This document shows, piece after piece, positions 18,272 to 27,399 of a DNA stretch of 29,126 nucleotides. The DNA is from Candidatus Coprovivens sp. Lineage in GTDB: Bacteria; Bacillota_I; Bacilli_A; RF39; UBA660. The first letter of the stretch is position 1. Each line of letters opens with the position of its first letter. The position numbers and the translations under genes were made by a program. The notes under the pieces are model-generated. The model ran no database searches. It was given only the letters and a program-made list of their open reading frames with translations, and was not told the DNA's origin. The DNA is taken from positions 1-29,126 of the forward strand of contig JBJFGS010000047.1 of NCBI GenBank assembly GCA_051892935.1, written 5' to 3'.

Positions 18272-18991
18272 ATGAAAAAAAAGTATTATATAGTTTTAAT
18301 AATAATTATATCAGTTATTATAGCAGCAAGTATCTCTATCAAAGTAGGAACAGATTTATTAAAAGAAAGTAAAATAAAAGAAGAAGTAAAAGAAATAATT
18401 AATTATTTTGAAAAGGGTCTATATAATGATGATGAACTAAACAAAATATTAAATAGAGAAGTAATAGAATCTGGATATTATAATATAGTAGAAAAAAGTG
18501 TAAAAACATACTATAGTGATTTAAAAGATGATCTAAGTAATTTAGACTTTCTTCTATCAGATGATAACTATTCTAATTATTTGAATACATCAAATTTAAA
18601 AGAAGATCGTCCTAATTTTGTTAAATCAAAAGATAATCTTCATAATACTAAATCTCAAATAGAAGAAGTATACAAAGAATTAGATAATCAAATAAATGAT
18701 AAAAACATAAAAATGAGTTATATAAATGATAAAAAATTAAAAACATACTATAAAGATTTATATCTATCATTAATAAACGATTATATTAGTGAAGAATTTA
18801 CCAAAAATATCTCCAATATAAAAGAAAAATCAATAGAAAAAATAACTATCTATGATGAAGTATTTGACTTCCTAATAGCTAACAAAGCTTACTGGAGTAT
18901 AGAAAAAGAATTAATAGTTTTTAAAGAAAATATATATTACGAAGAATACTTAAATATCATAAAAAGACTTGAAGAGGTTAGTACAAACTAA
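18272..18991 (+). CDS. Hypothetical membrane-anchored or exported helical protein
   Basis: RBS AAGGTGG; MKKK followed by a hydrophobic N-terminal segment; no other motif. Confidence 0.8.
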   Translation: MKKKYYIVLIIIISVIIAASISIKVGTDLLKESKIKEEVKEIINYFEKGLYNDDELNKILNREVIESGYYNIVEKSVKTYYSDLKDDLSNLDFLLSDDNYSNYLNTSNLKEDRPNFVKSKDNLHNTKSQIEEVYKELDNQINDKNIKMSYINDKKLKTYYKDLYLSLINDYISEEFTKNISNIKEKSIEKITIYDEVFDFLIANKAYWSIEKELIVFKENIYYEEYLNIIKRLEEVSTN

Positions 18992-18999
18992 CTTCTTTT
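18972..18999 (+). terminator. Intrinsic terminator overlapping the stop codon
   Basis: AAGAGGTTAGT-acaa-ACTAACTTCTT plus T-tract. Confidence 0.75.
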
Positions 19000-19003
19000 A
19001 TAT

Positions 19004-19032
19004 TTTACAATTAAAATAAACATTGTTATAAT
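19004..19032 (+). promoter_or_regulatory. Putative sigma-A promoter
   Basis: TTTACA-17 nt-TATAAT with an extended -10 TG. Confidence 0.65.
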
Positions 19033-19057
19033 ATGCAATCAAAAGAGGAACTTTATA

Positions 19058-19504
19058 ATGAAAATAGAATACATTGTAATGAATAATAGCCATAGTAACG
19101 CTCTTTTAGTTGAACGAATGCGTTACCAAGCATATGGCGTAAAACAATATATAGAAGAAACAGATTTATATTACTTAAAAGAAATTGAAGATGGAAGTAT
19201 TTTAGTATTTATATGTATGGTAGATGATAAAATAGTATCAGCTTGCTATATATCTAATTTTCAAGGTAATCTTTATGTAGATTATTTATTTACATTACCT
19301 CAATACCAAAAACAAAAACTATATTATGGAAAAAAACTATTACAATATATTATAAATAATAAACAAATAGTAGAAGAATACTTTCATCGTAAATTCACTC
19401 AAAGCCTCCTATGCCCAGGATCAAATAGTGTAAAAGAATTTTACAAGTCTTTAGGTTATACAGAAAACAATAATGAAACCCTAATGATGTCTAAAAAAAT
19501 ATAA
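19058..19504 (+). CDS. GNAT family N-acetyltransferase
   Basis: LYVDYLFTLPQYQKQKLYYGKKLL (motif A with a short insertion) and EFYKSLGY (motif B). Confidence 0.85.
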   Translation: MKIEYIVMNNSHSNALLVERMRYQAYGVKQYIEETDLYYLKEIEDGSILVFICMVDDKIVSACYISNFQGNLYVDYLFTLPQYQKQKLYYGKKLLQYIINNKQIVEEYFHRKFTQSLLCPGSNSVKEFYKSLGYTENNNETLMMSKKI

Positions 19505-19529
19505 AAAGAACATCGCAAAATGTTCTTTT
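19504..19529. terminator. Bidirectional terminator between convergent GNAT and lemA
   Basis: AAAAGAACAT-cgcaaa-ATGTTCTTTT. Confidence 0.8.
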
Positions 19530-20058
19530 ATAATTCGATTTTAACTTCTTCAGTATCAAAACTTATTGGTTCTATAGCTTTATAACCAAAAATAGAAGCA
19601 AATATATTAGTTGGAAAAGTTTGTATCTTAGTATTATATCTTGTAATATCAGTAGAATAAATTCTCCTAGAAGACTCTATTTCACTTTCTACTTTAGAAA
19701 GCTCTTTTTGTAAATTTAGATAACTTTCACTAGCTTTTAATTCAGGATAAGCTTCAATCAAAGCAATGCATTTTTTATAATAAGCATTTAATTTATTAGC
19801 ATCATCACTACTAGAATTATTATCATAATTACTTCTTAATATAGTAATAGCTTTCAATGTTTCTTCCTCATGCTTACTATAAGCTTTTACAGTCTCAACC
19901 AAATTCGGGATTAAATCAAATCTTTTCTTTAAATAAATATCAACTAAAGACCTAGATCTTTCTACCTTTTTATAACTTCCAACAATAGAATTATATATAG
20001 AAACAATAAAAATTAATATTACAATACATCCTATTAATATTAAATAAACACCTTCCAT
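19528..20058 (-). CDS. lemA: LemA family protein
   Basis: N-terminal TM, then YN; VDIYLKKRFDLIPNLVETVKAY, EAYPELKA, LQKEL..VE..I..SRR.Y and FPTNIFA..FG motifs. ATG 20058 with RBS GAAAGGTAGTGA is preferred over 20076. Confidence 0.93.
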   Translation of the reverse strand: MEGVYLILIGCIVILIFIVSIYNSIVGSYKKVERSRSLVDIYLKKRFDLIPNLVETVKAYSKHEEETLKAITILRSNYDNNSSSDDANKLNAYYKKCIALIEAYPELKASESYLNLQKELSKVESEIESSRRIYSTDITRYNTKIQTFPTNIFASIFGYKAIEPISFDTEEVKIEL

Positions 20059-20065
20059 TTTATCA

Positions 20066-21085
20066 CTACCTTTCAAAGTCTTTTAATGTCTTTATAATTT
20101 CATCCATAATCATTTTCATTCCATCTAACATATTGAAATAAAATGCTATATCAGTAGCTTCTTTTTCAATATTGTAAGGACTAGGTTCAAATAATGTATC
20201 ACTGTAGAATCTAAAAAAAACTAATCCATCAACCATTTTTATTTCAAAGAAAAAGCCAAAACTATCGTGCAATTCCAATATTTTATTAGTAAATGATGGA
20301 GTTAAAATTCTCATTGCTAAAACATCATTATTCGTAAACACATCGAATTTATCTTCAAATAATTGGTTATCTAATTCCATATATTCATTACTTCTAAATA
20401 TTTTTGCTCTATTACTGGTAATAAAAATATCAAGATCTTTTAATTTATTTAATTCAACAACACCAACAGGTCCAAGGAATACTGTTGTATATGTAGTATT
20501 TCCATCACTATCAGTTGATACATCTTGAGTATGAACATCAGCTAAAGTAAATTGTAAACCACATATCTGACCAGTTATTAAGTCTTCAGTATGATAAAGA
20601 TCATAACTTTCAAAATTACCTAAATCATAAATATCTTTACCAATACCATTATCAGGTTGATATGTTAAATCTTTATTATAATTCTTTAATATTGAAGAAA
20701 TAACTTGATTCTTATATATACGTGTATAACCATTAGCAGAAAGATTATAAATAATTATAGATATTACTATTGAAATAAATATTATAATAGGTACTTTTAT
20801 TCTCAAAAATATTGTAATAGCTATAGCCGTTAATATAATAAGAATAATCCACCATTTTGAATTCTTTAACTTCTTTCTCTTATCTTCTAACTCCTTATTA
20901 TTTTTCAGTATATCTATATATTTGTGAATATCTGTATATTTAGAAACTCTAAGATTCGAATATATTTTCTCTCTTTTTTTAGCATCCTTAGTTGCTTCCT
21001 TAATACCATAAATAAAAACTGCTATAATAGAAGCACCAACAGCAACAAAAATTATAAATATAAAAAACGGTATATGTTCAAACAT
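20066..21085 (-). CDS. DUF3137 family membrane protein
   Basis: N-terminal TMs; EDLITG, TVFLG and LDNQLFEDKFDVFTNND..AMRILTPSF motifs; directly upstream of lemA, a known pairing. Confidence 0.85.
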   Translation of the reverse strand: MFEHIPFFIFIIFVAVGASIIAVFIYGIKEATKDAKKREKIYSNLRVSKYTDIHKYIDILKNNKELEDKRKKLKNSKWWIILIILTAIAITIFLRIKVPIIIFISIVISIIIYNLSANGYTRIYKNQVISSILKNYNKDLTYQPDNGIGKDIYDLGNFESYDLYHTEDLITGQICGLQFTLADVHTQDVSTDSDGNTTYTTVFLGPVGVVELNKLKDLDIFITSNRAKIFRSNEYMELDNQLFEDKFDVFTNNDVLAMRILTPSFTNKILELHDSFGFFFEIKMVDGLVFFRFYSDTLFEPSPYNIEKEATDIAFYFNMLDGMKMIMDEIIKTLKDFER

Positions 21086-21248
21086 AAATTCACATCCTAA
21101 TCTAAAATAATTTTAACACAAGTAATATGTTTTATTTAAATAAAAAGTATTATATAATATAAAATATTAATTATTTTTAATAATTTAATCACTAATATAT
21201 AATAATTATATATTAAAATAGACAATATGAAAAGAAGTGAAATTAAAT

Positions 21249-21914
21249 ATGTATTATTTATTAATATTATCTATAATTATAACTATAAGTGCCCAACTAT
21301 ATATTAATTCTACATATAATAAGTATAGTAAAGAACTAGCAAAAAGCGGTAAAACAGCAGCTGAAACAGCTAGAATAATCCTTGATAACAATGGATTATC
21401 TAATGTAAAAGTAAAAGAAGTATCAGGTTTTTTAACAGATCATTATGACCCAAGAAAAAAAGAAGTAAGACTATCAAGTTCTAATTATAATAGTCAAAGT
21501 ATTAGTGCTGTATCTGTAGCTAGTCATGAATGTGGTCATGCTATTCAAGATAAAGAAAACTATTCTTTCTTACGTATACGAGCTTCCCTTATTCCTTTAG
21601 TTAACTTTTCATCATATGCCGGTTATTTTGCCATACTATTTGGAATCCTATTTGGTTCATTAAATTTAGTATGGTTAGGAATTATTGCAGAACTAGTCAT
21701 CTTATTATTCCAATTTATTACCTTACCAGTTGAATTTAACGCTAGTAAACGAGCTTTAAAAGAAATAGAAAAATATAATATATTAAATAAAAATGAATTA
21801 GAAGCATGTCAAAAAGTTCTAACATCAGCAGCACTAACCTATGTAGCTAGTGTTGCAACAACTATTATAGAAATACTAAGATTAGTATTAATATTCAGCG
21901 ATAGGAGAGACTAA
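21249..21914 (+). CDS. Membrane zinc metallopeptidase (YugP-like, putative neutral zinc metallopeptidase family)
   Basis: LTDHYDP...VRLS, VASHECGHAIQD, TLPVEFNASKRA and AALTYVA motifs. ATG 21249 is preferred over GTG 21237. Confidence 0.92.
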   Translation: MYYLLILSIIITISAQLYINSTYNKYSKELAKSGKTAAETARIILDNNGLSNVKVKEVSGFLTDHYDPRKKEVRLSSSNYNSQSISAVSVASHECGHAIQDKENYSFLRIRASLIPLVNFSSYAGYFAILFGILFGSLNLVWLGIIAELVILLFQFITLPVEFNASKRALKEIEKYNILNKNELEACQKVLTSAALTYVASVATTIIEILRLVLIFSDRRD

Positions 21915-21915
21915 A

Positions 21916-22389
21916 ATGCAATTTCCAAAAGGTGAGTTACCAAGTTTAAAAACAATTATTAATAACTTTATAGATGATCTAAACAAATTCTTAATTATAG
22001 TTTTATTAATTTTAATAATAATAACTTTATTTATTAGAACATTTATCCTAGATATCATAAAATTCGTATTATTAGCAATTATTATCTTTAGAATAGTGTC
22101 TAAAAATAAATATCAACGTTCTAAAGAAAACCAAAAATATTTAAAAATTAAAAAAAGTATCTTAAGACCATTTAACACTATATTAAGAAATATAAAAGAT
22201 CATAAAAAGTACGTATATAAAAAGTGCTCAAAATGTAAAACAACCTTAAAACTTCCTCTTCCTAATAAAAGAGGAATAAATCATGCGAAGTGTCCAAATT
22301 GCCATAATCGTGTAACACTTTTTACCATAAGAAAGAAAAAAGAAAAAAAAATAAAAGTTGAAGTTATAAAAAAATCAAGTAAACAATAA
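21916..22389 (+). CDS. Conserved membrane protein with a C-terminal Zn finger
   Basis: Two TMs; FRIVSKN..QRSKEN; CSKC...LKLP...G...AKCPNC. Confidence 0.8.
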   Translation: MQFPKGELPSLKTIINNFIDDLNKFLIIVLLILIIITLFIRTFILDIIKFVLLAIIIFRIVSKNKYQRSKENQKYLKIKKSILRPFNTILRNIKDHKKYVYKKCSKCKTTLKLPLPNKRGINHAKCPNCHNRVTLFTIRKKKEKKIKVEVIKKSSKQ

Positions 22390-22402
22390 TTGTTTACTTT
22401 TT
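22377..22402 (+). terminator. Terminator whose loop is the stop codon
   Basis: AAGTAAACAA-TAA-TTGTTTACTT plus TTT; extended -10 TGATATAAT follows at 22406-22414. Confidence 0.75.
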
Positions 22403-22434
22403 ATATGATATAATTATATAGAGGATGTGATTAA

Positions 22435-23067
22435 ATGATAAACAAAATTTCCATAAACTGCCATAGTAGTATAAAAATAAAGGATGAAAAAATAATATAT
22501 TTTGATCCATATAAAATAGATAAAAAAGTAAATGATGCTGATTATATTTTTATAACACATGACCATTATGACCATTTAGATATTCAATCATTAAAAAATA
22601 TTGCCAAAGAAGAAACAATTGTTGTAATGCCAACATCAATACCTTTAGAAAAATTAGAACCAGTTATTAGAAAAGAACAAATAATAGGTGTTTGCCCAAA
22701 TGAACAGTATTGTATTGATGGCATAAACATTCATACAATACCAAGTTACAATATTAACAAAGATTTCCATAAAAAAACATATAATTGGGTAGGATATATC
22801 ATTGAATTAAATCAAGAAAAAATATATGTATCTGGAGATACTGATTTTATAGATGAAATAAAAAATGTAAAATGTGATATTGCTTTAATTCCAATTGGCG
22901 GAACATATACTATGGATAGTATTGAAGCAGCAAAACTAATCAATACTATTAAACCAAAATATGTTATACCAACTCATTATGGAACAATAATAGGAGAAAA
23001 AAAAGATGGTGAAAACTTTAAAAAATTTATATCAGAAGACATAGAATGCCATCTTCTAATCAAATAA
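22435..23067 (+). CDS. MBL-fold metallo-hydrolase (UlaG/UPF0173-like)
   Basis: HSSIKI, FDPY, ITHDHYDH, IYVSGDT, ALIPIGGTYTMD and IPTHYG motifs. Confidence 0.92.
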   Translation: MINKISINCHSSIKIKDEKIIYFDPYKIDKKVNDADYIFITHDHYDHLDIQSLKNIAKEETIVVMPTSIPLEKLEPVIRKEQIIGVCPNEQYCIDGINIHTIPSYNINKDFHKKTYNWVGYIIELNQEKIYVSGDTDFIDEIKNVKCDIALIPIGGTYTMDSIEAAKLINTIKPKYVIPTHYGTIIGEKKDGENFKKFISEDIECHLLIK

Positions 23068-23068
23068 T

Positions 23069-23575
23069 ATGTTATATATAAAAAAAGCAAATCTAAAAGA
23101 TATTGATGAAGAATACACTTTTACATCAAAACTTCCTTTAATAGAAAGTGGATTTCGTAATTTCTTTTATGGAATACCAAAAGAAGAATTTAAAAGTAAA
23201 TGTTTAAATTATGAAATAGAACTATCTATATTACCATCTCCAGTTGGTAATACTCTTCCTATGACAACATACTATTTATGGTTAGATGATACTATAATAG
23301 GTATCTTTACAGTAATTCATGAATTAAATGAATATCAAAAAGAAAGAGATGGTCATATTGCATATGCAATCTTAAAAGAGTATCGTGGTAAAGGATATGC
23401 TACAAAAGGATTAAAAATGGTTATTGAAGATGCTAAAAATTATATTAAAGAAGATGAAATATACATGCATACGACTAAAGATAATCGAGCTTCATTAAAA
23501 GTAATGTTAAATAATGGTGCCTATATATCTAATGAAACAGAAATAGATTATTTTACAAGAATTAAATTAAGATGA
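23069..23575 (+). CDS. GNAT family N-acetyltransferase
   Basis: GHIAYAILKEYRGKGYATKGL and N.ASLKVMLNNGA motifs. Confidence 0.9.
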   Translation: MLYIKKANLKDIDEEYTFTSKLPLIESGFRNFFYGIPKEEFKSKCLNYEIELSILPSPVGNTLPMTTYYLWLDDTIIGIFTVIHELNEYQKERDGHIAYAILKEYRGKGYATKGLKMVIEDAKNYIKEDEIYMHTTKDNRASLKVMLNNGAYISNETEIDYFTRIKLR

Positions 23576-23594
23576 CTTATGTCATCTTTTTTTT
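23569..23594 (+). terminator. Intrinsic terminator overlapping the GNAT stop codon
   Basis: AAGATGAC-ttat-GTCATCTT plus a long T-tract. Confidence 0.85.
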
Positions 23595-23621
23595 GACTAA
23601 AAAAGAATCTTTAAGTATAAT
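23593..23621 (+). promoter_or_regulatory. Near-consensus sigma-A promoter for the HExxH triplet operon
   Basis: TTGACT-17 nt-TATAAT; RBS GAGGA before ATG 23647. Confidence 0.75.
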
Positions 23622-23646
23622 AAAAAACCAAAAGCGAGGAATAAAT

Positions 23647-24513
23647 ATGCAACAATCACCTTTATTAGAAGAAATAAAAAATCGTGGATTTAATAAATAT
23701 CCAGACATCATAGTTCCATCAGAAGATTTAATCTCAATTAGAAAACTTATTGATCAAACGTATAATTCAAGAATAATTCCTTCAAAAAGAAAATTAAAAT
23801 ATGTTTTAACAAGCAGTCGCGAATTCCTAGATTCTCATTTTCAAATTCAAAACGTTCCTTTTTATAAAGAAACAATAATTGGACCAATAAGAATAGAAAA
23901 GTATGGTACTATACACCCATATGGTTTACCTATAATTCAAATTAAAGGTGAAGGATCATTCTATGGTAGTTTACGAGAAGTAATAAGCCGTAATAATGAC
24001 GAAATATCAAATTATTCATATCGAGGAATTGAACTATCAAGAACTCTCACAGATTTATCAACTCTTTCTTATACTCACGAAATAACTCATTCTGAATTAA
24101 ACCATATAAAAGGCCTAATAATTAATTATTCAAACACAGAATTTCTAAGTATTTTTCTTGAAACTCTTCATGCTTATGAAACAAGTGATAAAATACTAAG
24201 AATACATGATAACGAAAGACTTTGCGAACTCTCTTCTATTATTAGTGATTTAGAAAAATATCACAATCAAAAAGAACAATTTACTGAAGATATATTAGTG
24301 GAAGGATCATCATATGCTGAATCAACACTAAAAGCCTATAAATTATTTATAAGATACTATTACAATCCTAAATTAAGAAAAGAAATATTACTTGATATTC
24401 AAAGAATATTTAATCACGAAATATCCGTTGAAGAATTTCTAGCTAAACATGAAATACACTATGAAAATAGTCAAAATGTTAACGAATTAAGTAGTTATTT
24501 ATTAAGAAGGTAA
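23647..24513 (+). CDS. Uncharacterised gluzincin-like HExxH protein, paralog 1
   Basis: SYTHEITH (HEITH at 24076-24090), then x16-EFLSIFLE; no signal peptide. ATG 23647 is supported by RBS and promoter. Confidence 0.75.
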   Translation: MQQSPLLEEIKNRGFNKYPDIIVPSEDLISIRKLIDQTYNSRIIPSKRKLKYVLTSSREFLDSHFQIQNVPFYKETIIGPIRIEKYGTIHPYGLPIIQIKGEGSFYGSLREVISRNNDEISNYSYRGIELSRTLTDLSTLSYTHEITHSELNHIKGLIINYSNTEFLSIFLETLHAYETSDKILRIHDNERLCELSSIISDLEKYHNQKEQFTEDILVEGSSYAESTLKAYKLFIRYYYNPKLRKEILLDIQRIFNHEISVEEFLAKHEIHYENSQNVNELSSYLLRR

Positions 24514-24517
24514 TAAG

Positions 24518-25387
24518 ATGATTAAAATAAGTAAAGATGAAGAAATAATTAAAAGAAATTTAAATCCACATCCCGATATAATAATCCCATCTCAAAGTTT
24601 AATAGATACACTAAAACAATTAGAACAACTTCCTATTGCCAAGAAAGAATATGAAGTTCATCCTATGAAATTAGAAGAATCATTATACGACGCTAAAACA
24701 TTCTTAAATTATTATTACAAACTACAAGATGTACCATATTCAATAATTAAAAAAATACTAGGAAAAGAAATTCATATTGTAAAACCAATAAATCCTCTAA
24801 AATTACCAATAAACCTAATTGAAAATGATGATATATTTTCTGGTTCAGTAACTGAAATAATTACTACAACCAAGTTCCATATAGTATTTCGTGAAATAAA
24901 CTTATCAAATCCTATTACAGAACAATCATCTTCATCATATATTCATGAAATAACCCACACTCAAATAGATCATATAAAAGGAGCTTTACGCGACTATTAT
25001 AATTTAGAAATACTAAGTATCTTTAACGAACTATTTCATGCTTCTATCCTTGATCAACAAGAAACAATTCTAAGATTAAATGATTCAAGAAGAATATATG
25101 AAATGAGTATATCAGCTCAAGAACTGATTGAATATCATAAAGGAAAAAGTAAGACTACAAGAGATGAATTACTAGATTGTTGCAAATACCTAATATCAGG
25201 ATTAAAAGCTTATAATTTATTTATTACTTTCTATTATGGAAGTGATAAATTAAAAAATGATATTTTAGATGATATTCAATCAGTATTTGATGGATATCTA
25301 ACATTAGAAGAATTACTAGAAAAATATGATATTACATTAGAAAATAGTCAAGAACCAAAAAAATTAATAAAATATTTTAATAGATAA
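24518..25387 (+). CDS. Uncharacterised gluzincin-like HExxH protein, paralog 2
   Basis: SYIHEITH (HEITH at 24944-24958), then x16-EILSIFNE; colinear similarity to both neighbours. Confidence 0.75.
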   Translation: MIKISKDEEIIKRNLNPHPDIIIPSQSLIDTLKQLEQLPIAKKEYEVHPMKLEESLYDAKTFLNYYYKLQDVPYSIIKKILGKEIHIVKPINPLKLPINLIENDDIFSGSVTEIITTTKFHIVFREINLSNPITEQSSSSYIHEITHTQIDHIKGALRDYYNLEILSIFNELFHASILDQQETILRLNDSRRIYEMSISAQELIEYHKGKSKTTRDELLDCCKYLISGLKAYNLFITFYYGSDKLKNDILDDIQSVFDGYLTLEELLEKYDITLENSQEPKKLIKYFNR

Positions 25388-25402
25388 AAGGGGAAAATTA
25401 AT

Positions 25403-26338
25403 ATGAATTTAATAGATAAAGAAACTGAAATAGCAGTTCATGGATATGATCCAGTAGATAATATTTTAATACCAGATAAAAACTTAATAGAATTTGCAAC
25501 CTTTATTGAAGATTTAGAGATAGAAAAAAGATCATATTATCTGGGGCCATCAACTAAAGAAGAAGTCTTAGCAGGCGCAAAAAAATTCTTTAAAAGTCAT
25601 TTTAAATTATCTAAAGTACCATATAAAGGAACTCTAAGAAATAAAATAGATGTTGCAGCATTAAGACACATCCCAGGAAGTGAAATACCATTAAGATTTC
25701 ATAATTCATTAATAAAATATATAAATCCGCTATCACTACCAGTAAAATTTTCATCACAAGATTTAACTGAATGCATGGTAGTCGAAAATATTACATTTAT
25801 TGATAATCCAGACTTTATAAGTCGTATGAAAGTATCATTCAAAGAAATAATTCTTCCATCACAAATAACAGAATTGACTGAGAGTTCTTATGTTCACGAA
25901 GTGACTCATACTCAACTAGCATATATAAAAGGTATTATAAAGAATTATTACAATAGTGAAGTACTAAGCATTTTTTTAGAAATACTTAACGTTTACGAAT
26001 CTTCAAAACAACAATCCTTATTACCACTACAAAATGCTGTACGTCTTACTGAATTATATCAAGAATTATATATGTTAGAAGAACATAGTAAAGGGATTAA
26101 AGAATATAATCGTTATGACTTAATAGATGCTTCCAAATATACTGAATCTATTCTTAAAGCTTATGGACTATTTACCGAATATGTTCTAGGATCATCATCA
26201 TTAAAAAAATATATACTAAATAGCATTCAAAACATATTTAATGGTACATTACAATTAGAAGAATTATTAGAAGAATTCGAATTAACTTCATCTAATGTAG
26301 CTCAAGATAATCGAGTAAAAAAAGTGTTATCACTATAA
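25403..26338 (+). CDS. Uncharacterised gluzincin-like HExxH protein, paralog 3
   Basis: SYVHEVTH (HEVTH at 25895-25909), then x16-EVLSIFLE; carries insertions before the metal motif. Confidence 0.75.
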   Translation: MNLIDKETEIAVHGYDPVDNILIPDKNLIEFATFIEDLEIEKRSYYLGPSTKEEVLAGAKKFFKSHFKLSKVPYKGTLRNKIDVAALRHIPGSEIPLRFHNSLIKYINPLSLPVKFSSQDLTECMVVENITFIDNPDFISRMKVSFKEIILPSQITELTESSYVHEVTHTQLAYIKGIIKNYYNSEVLSIFLEILNVYESSKQQSLLPLQNAVRLTELYQELYMLEEHSKGIKEYNRYDLIDASKYTESILKAYGLFTEYVLGSSSLKKYILNSIQNIFNGTLQLEELLEEFELTSSNVAQDNRVKKVLSL

Positions 26339-26396
26339 CATCTACTTAGTAGATATTTTATTATATGCTATAATAAAAACAATTAGAGATGATAAT

Positions 26397-26882
26397 ATGA
26401 AAATATATGTAATAGGACCAACTGGTAGCGGAAAAACAACCTTATCAGAAAGCTTATCAAAAAAATATAAAATAAAATGTTATGAACTAGATTTATTAGT
26501 ATATGATGATGAAAATGGTCATATAAAAAGAAAAGATGAAGTACGAGAAAAAATGTTTCAAGAAATTCTAAAAAAGAAATCATGGATAATCGAAGATGTT
26601 GGTCGATCTAAATTTGAAGAAGGTCGTAAACAAGCAGATATTATTTATTATATAAATATTCCTAAAATAGTCGTATATAAAAGAGTAATAACTCGTTGGA
26701 TAAAACAAAGACTTGGTAAAGAAAGATACAACTATCCACCAACATTATGGCAACTATACGATATGTTAAGAACTACAAAAGGGTACTTTAAAAAAGAAAA
26801 AGAAAAGAAAAAATCCTTAGAAAAATATCAAGATAAAGTAAAATATCTAAGCTATAAAGAATTAAATAAATTGGAGAAATAA
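26397..26882 (+). CDS. FlaR-like / adenylate-kinase-related P-loop protein
   Basis: KIYVIGPTGSGKTTLS, ELD, SWIIED and ADIIYYI motifs; extended -10 TGCTATAAT at 26366-26374. Confidence 0.85.
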   Translation: MKIYVIGPTGSGKTTLSESLSKKYKIKCYELDLLVYDDENGHIKRKDEVREKMFQEILKKKSWIIEDVGRSKFEEGRKQADIIYYINIPKIVVYKRVITRWIKQRLGKERYNYPPTLWQLYDMLRTTKGYFKKEKEKKKSLEKYQDKVKYLSYKELNKLEK

Positions 26883-26883
26883 T

Positions 26884-27294
26884 ATGATAACAATAAAAGA
26901 AAATATTGATAACGTAGAAGAATATAACTATCTATTTGATGAAGTAGGCTGGGGTGCTCATGATTACGAAATATCAAAAATCGCCTTAAAAAGCAATACC
27001 TATTCTGTAAGTGTATATGATAATAATAAAATAATCGGATATGGAAGAATAATAGGTGATGGAATAATATATTTACATATTCACGATATAATGGTTCATC
27101 CAAACTATCAAAATAAAGGAATAGGTAAACAAATAATTAATAAATTATTAGAAAAAGTAAATGAACTAAAAAAAGTAAATCCATATTTAAGAGTATATCT
27201 AGGAACATCTCAAGGTAAAGAAGATTTTTATAAAAAATGTGGTTTCATAACTCGAGAAGAAGCCAAATTAGGTCAAGGTATGATCCTAAAGTAG
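26884..27294 (+). CDS. GNAT family N-acetyltransferase
   Basis: IIGYGRIIGDG, DIMVHPNYQNKGIGK and FYKKCGF motifs. Confidence 0.93.
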   Translation: MITIKENIDNVEEYNYLFDEVGWGAHDYEISKIALKSNTYSVSVYDNNKIIGYGRIIGDGIIYLHIHDIMVHPNYQNKGIGKQIINKLLEKVNELKKVNPYLRVYLGTSQGKEDFYKKCGFITREEAKLGQGMILK

Positions 27295-27399
27295 ATAAAA
27301 AATTCAGATATTTCAAGTATAATTAATAAAAAAATATAACAAATATTTTTTGCTTTTACCAAATATATGATAAAATAACTGCTACAAAGAGGAGATATT

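Noticed and set aside
22435-23067. MBL-fold protein as a true beta-lactamase
   Set aside because: It has no signal peptide, and its motifs (PIGGTYTM, IPTHYG) fit the UlaG/UPF0173-like hydrolases.
23572-23646. 25-residue N-terminal extension of the first HExxH protein, which could look like a leader peptide
   Set aside because: The stretch consists of a terminator, promoter and RBS, and alignment with the other two paralogs starts at Met 23647.
23647-26338. HExxH triplet as RiPP-modifying enzymes or a recent DNA tandem repeat
   Set aside because: No precursor peptide, radical SAM enzyme or exporter is adjacent. Similarity is evident at protein-motif level rather than as long identical DNA, so the duplications are old.
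26325-26354. Two short adjacent inverted repeats after the HExxH operon
   Set aside because: The stems are short, one has a 1-nt loop, and the U-tract is weak; insufficient to call a terminator or operator.
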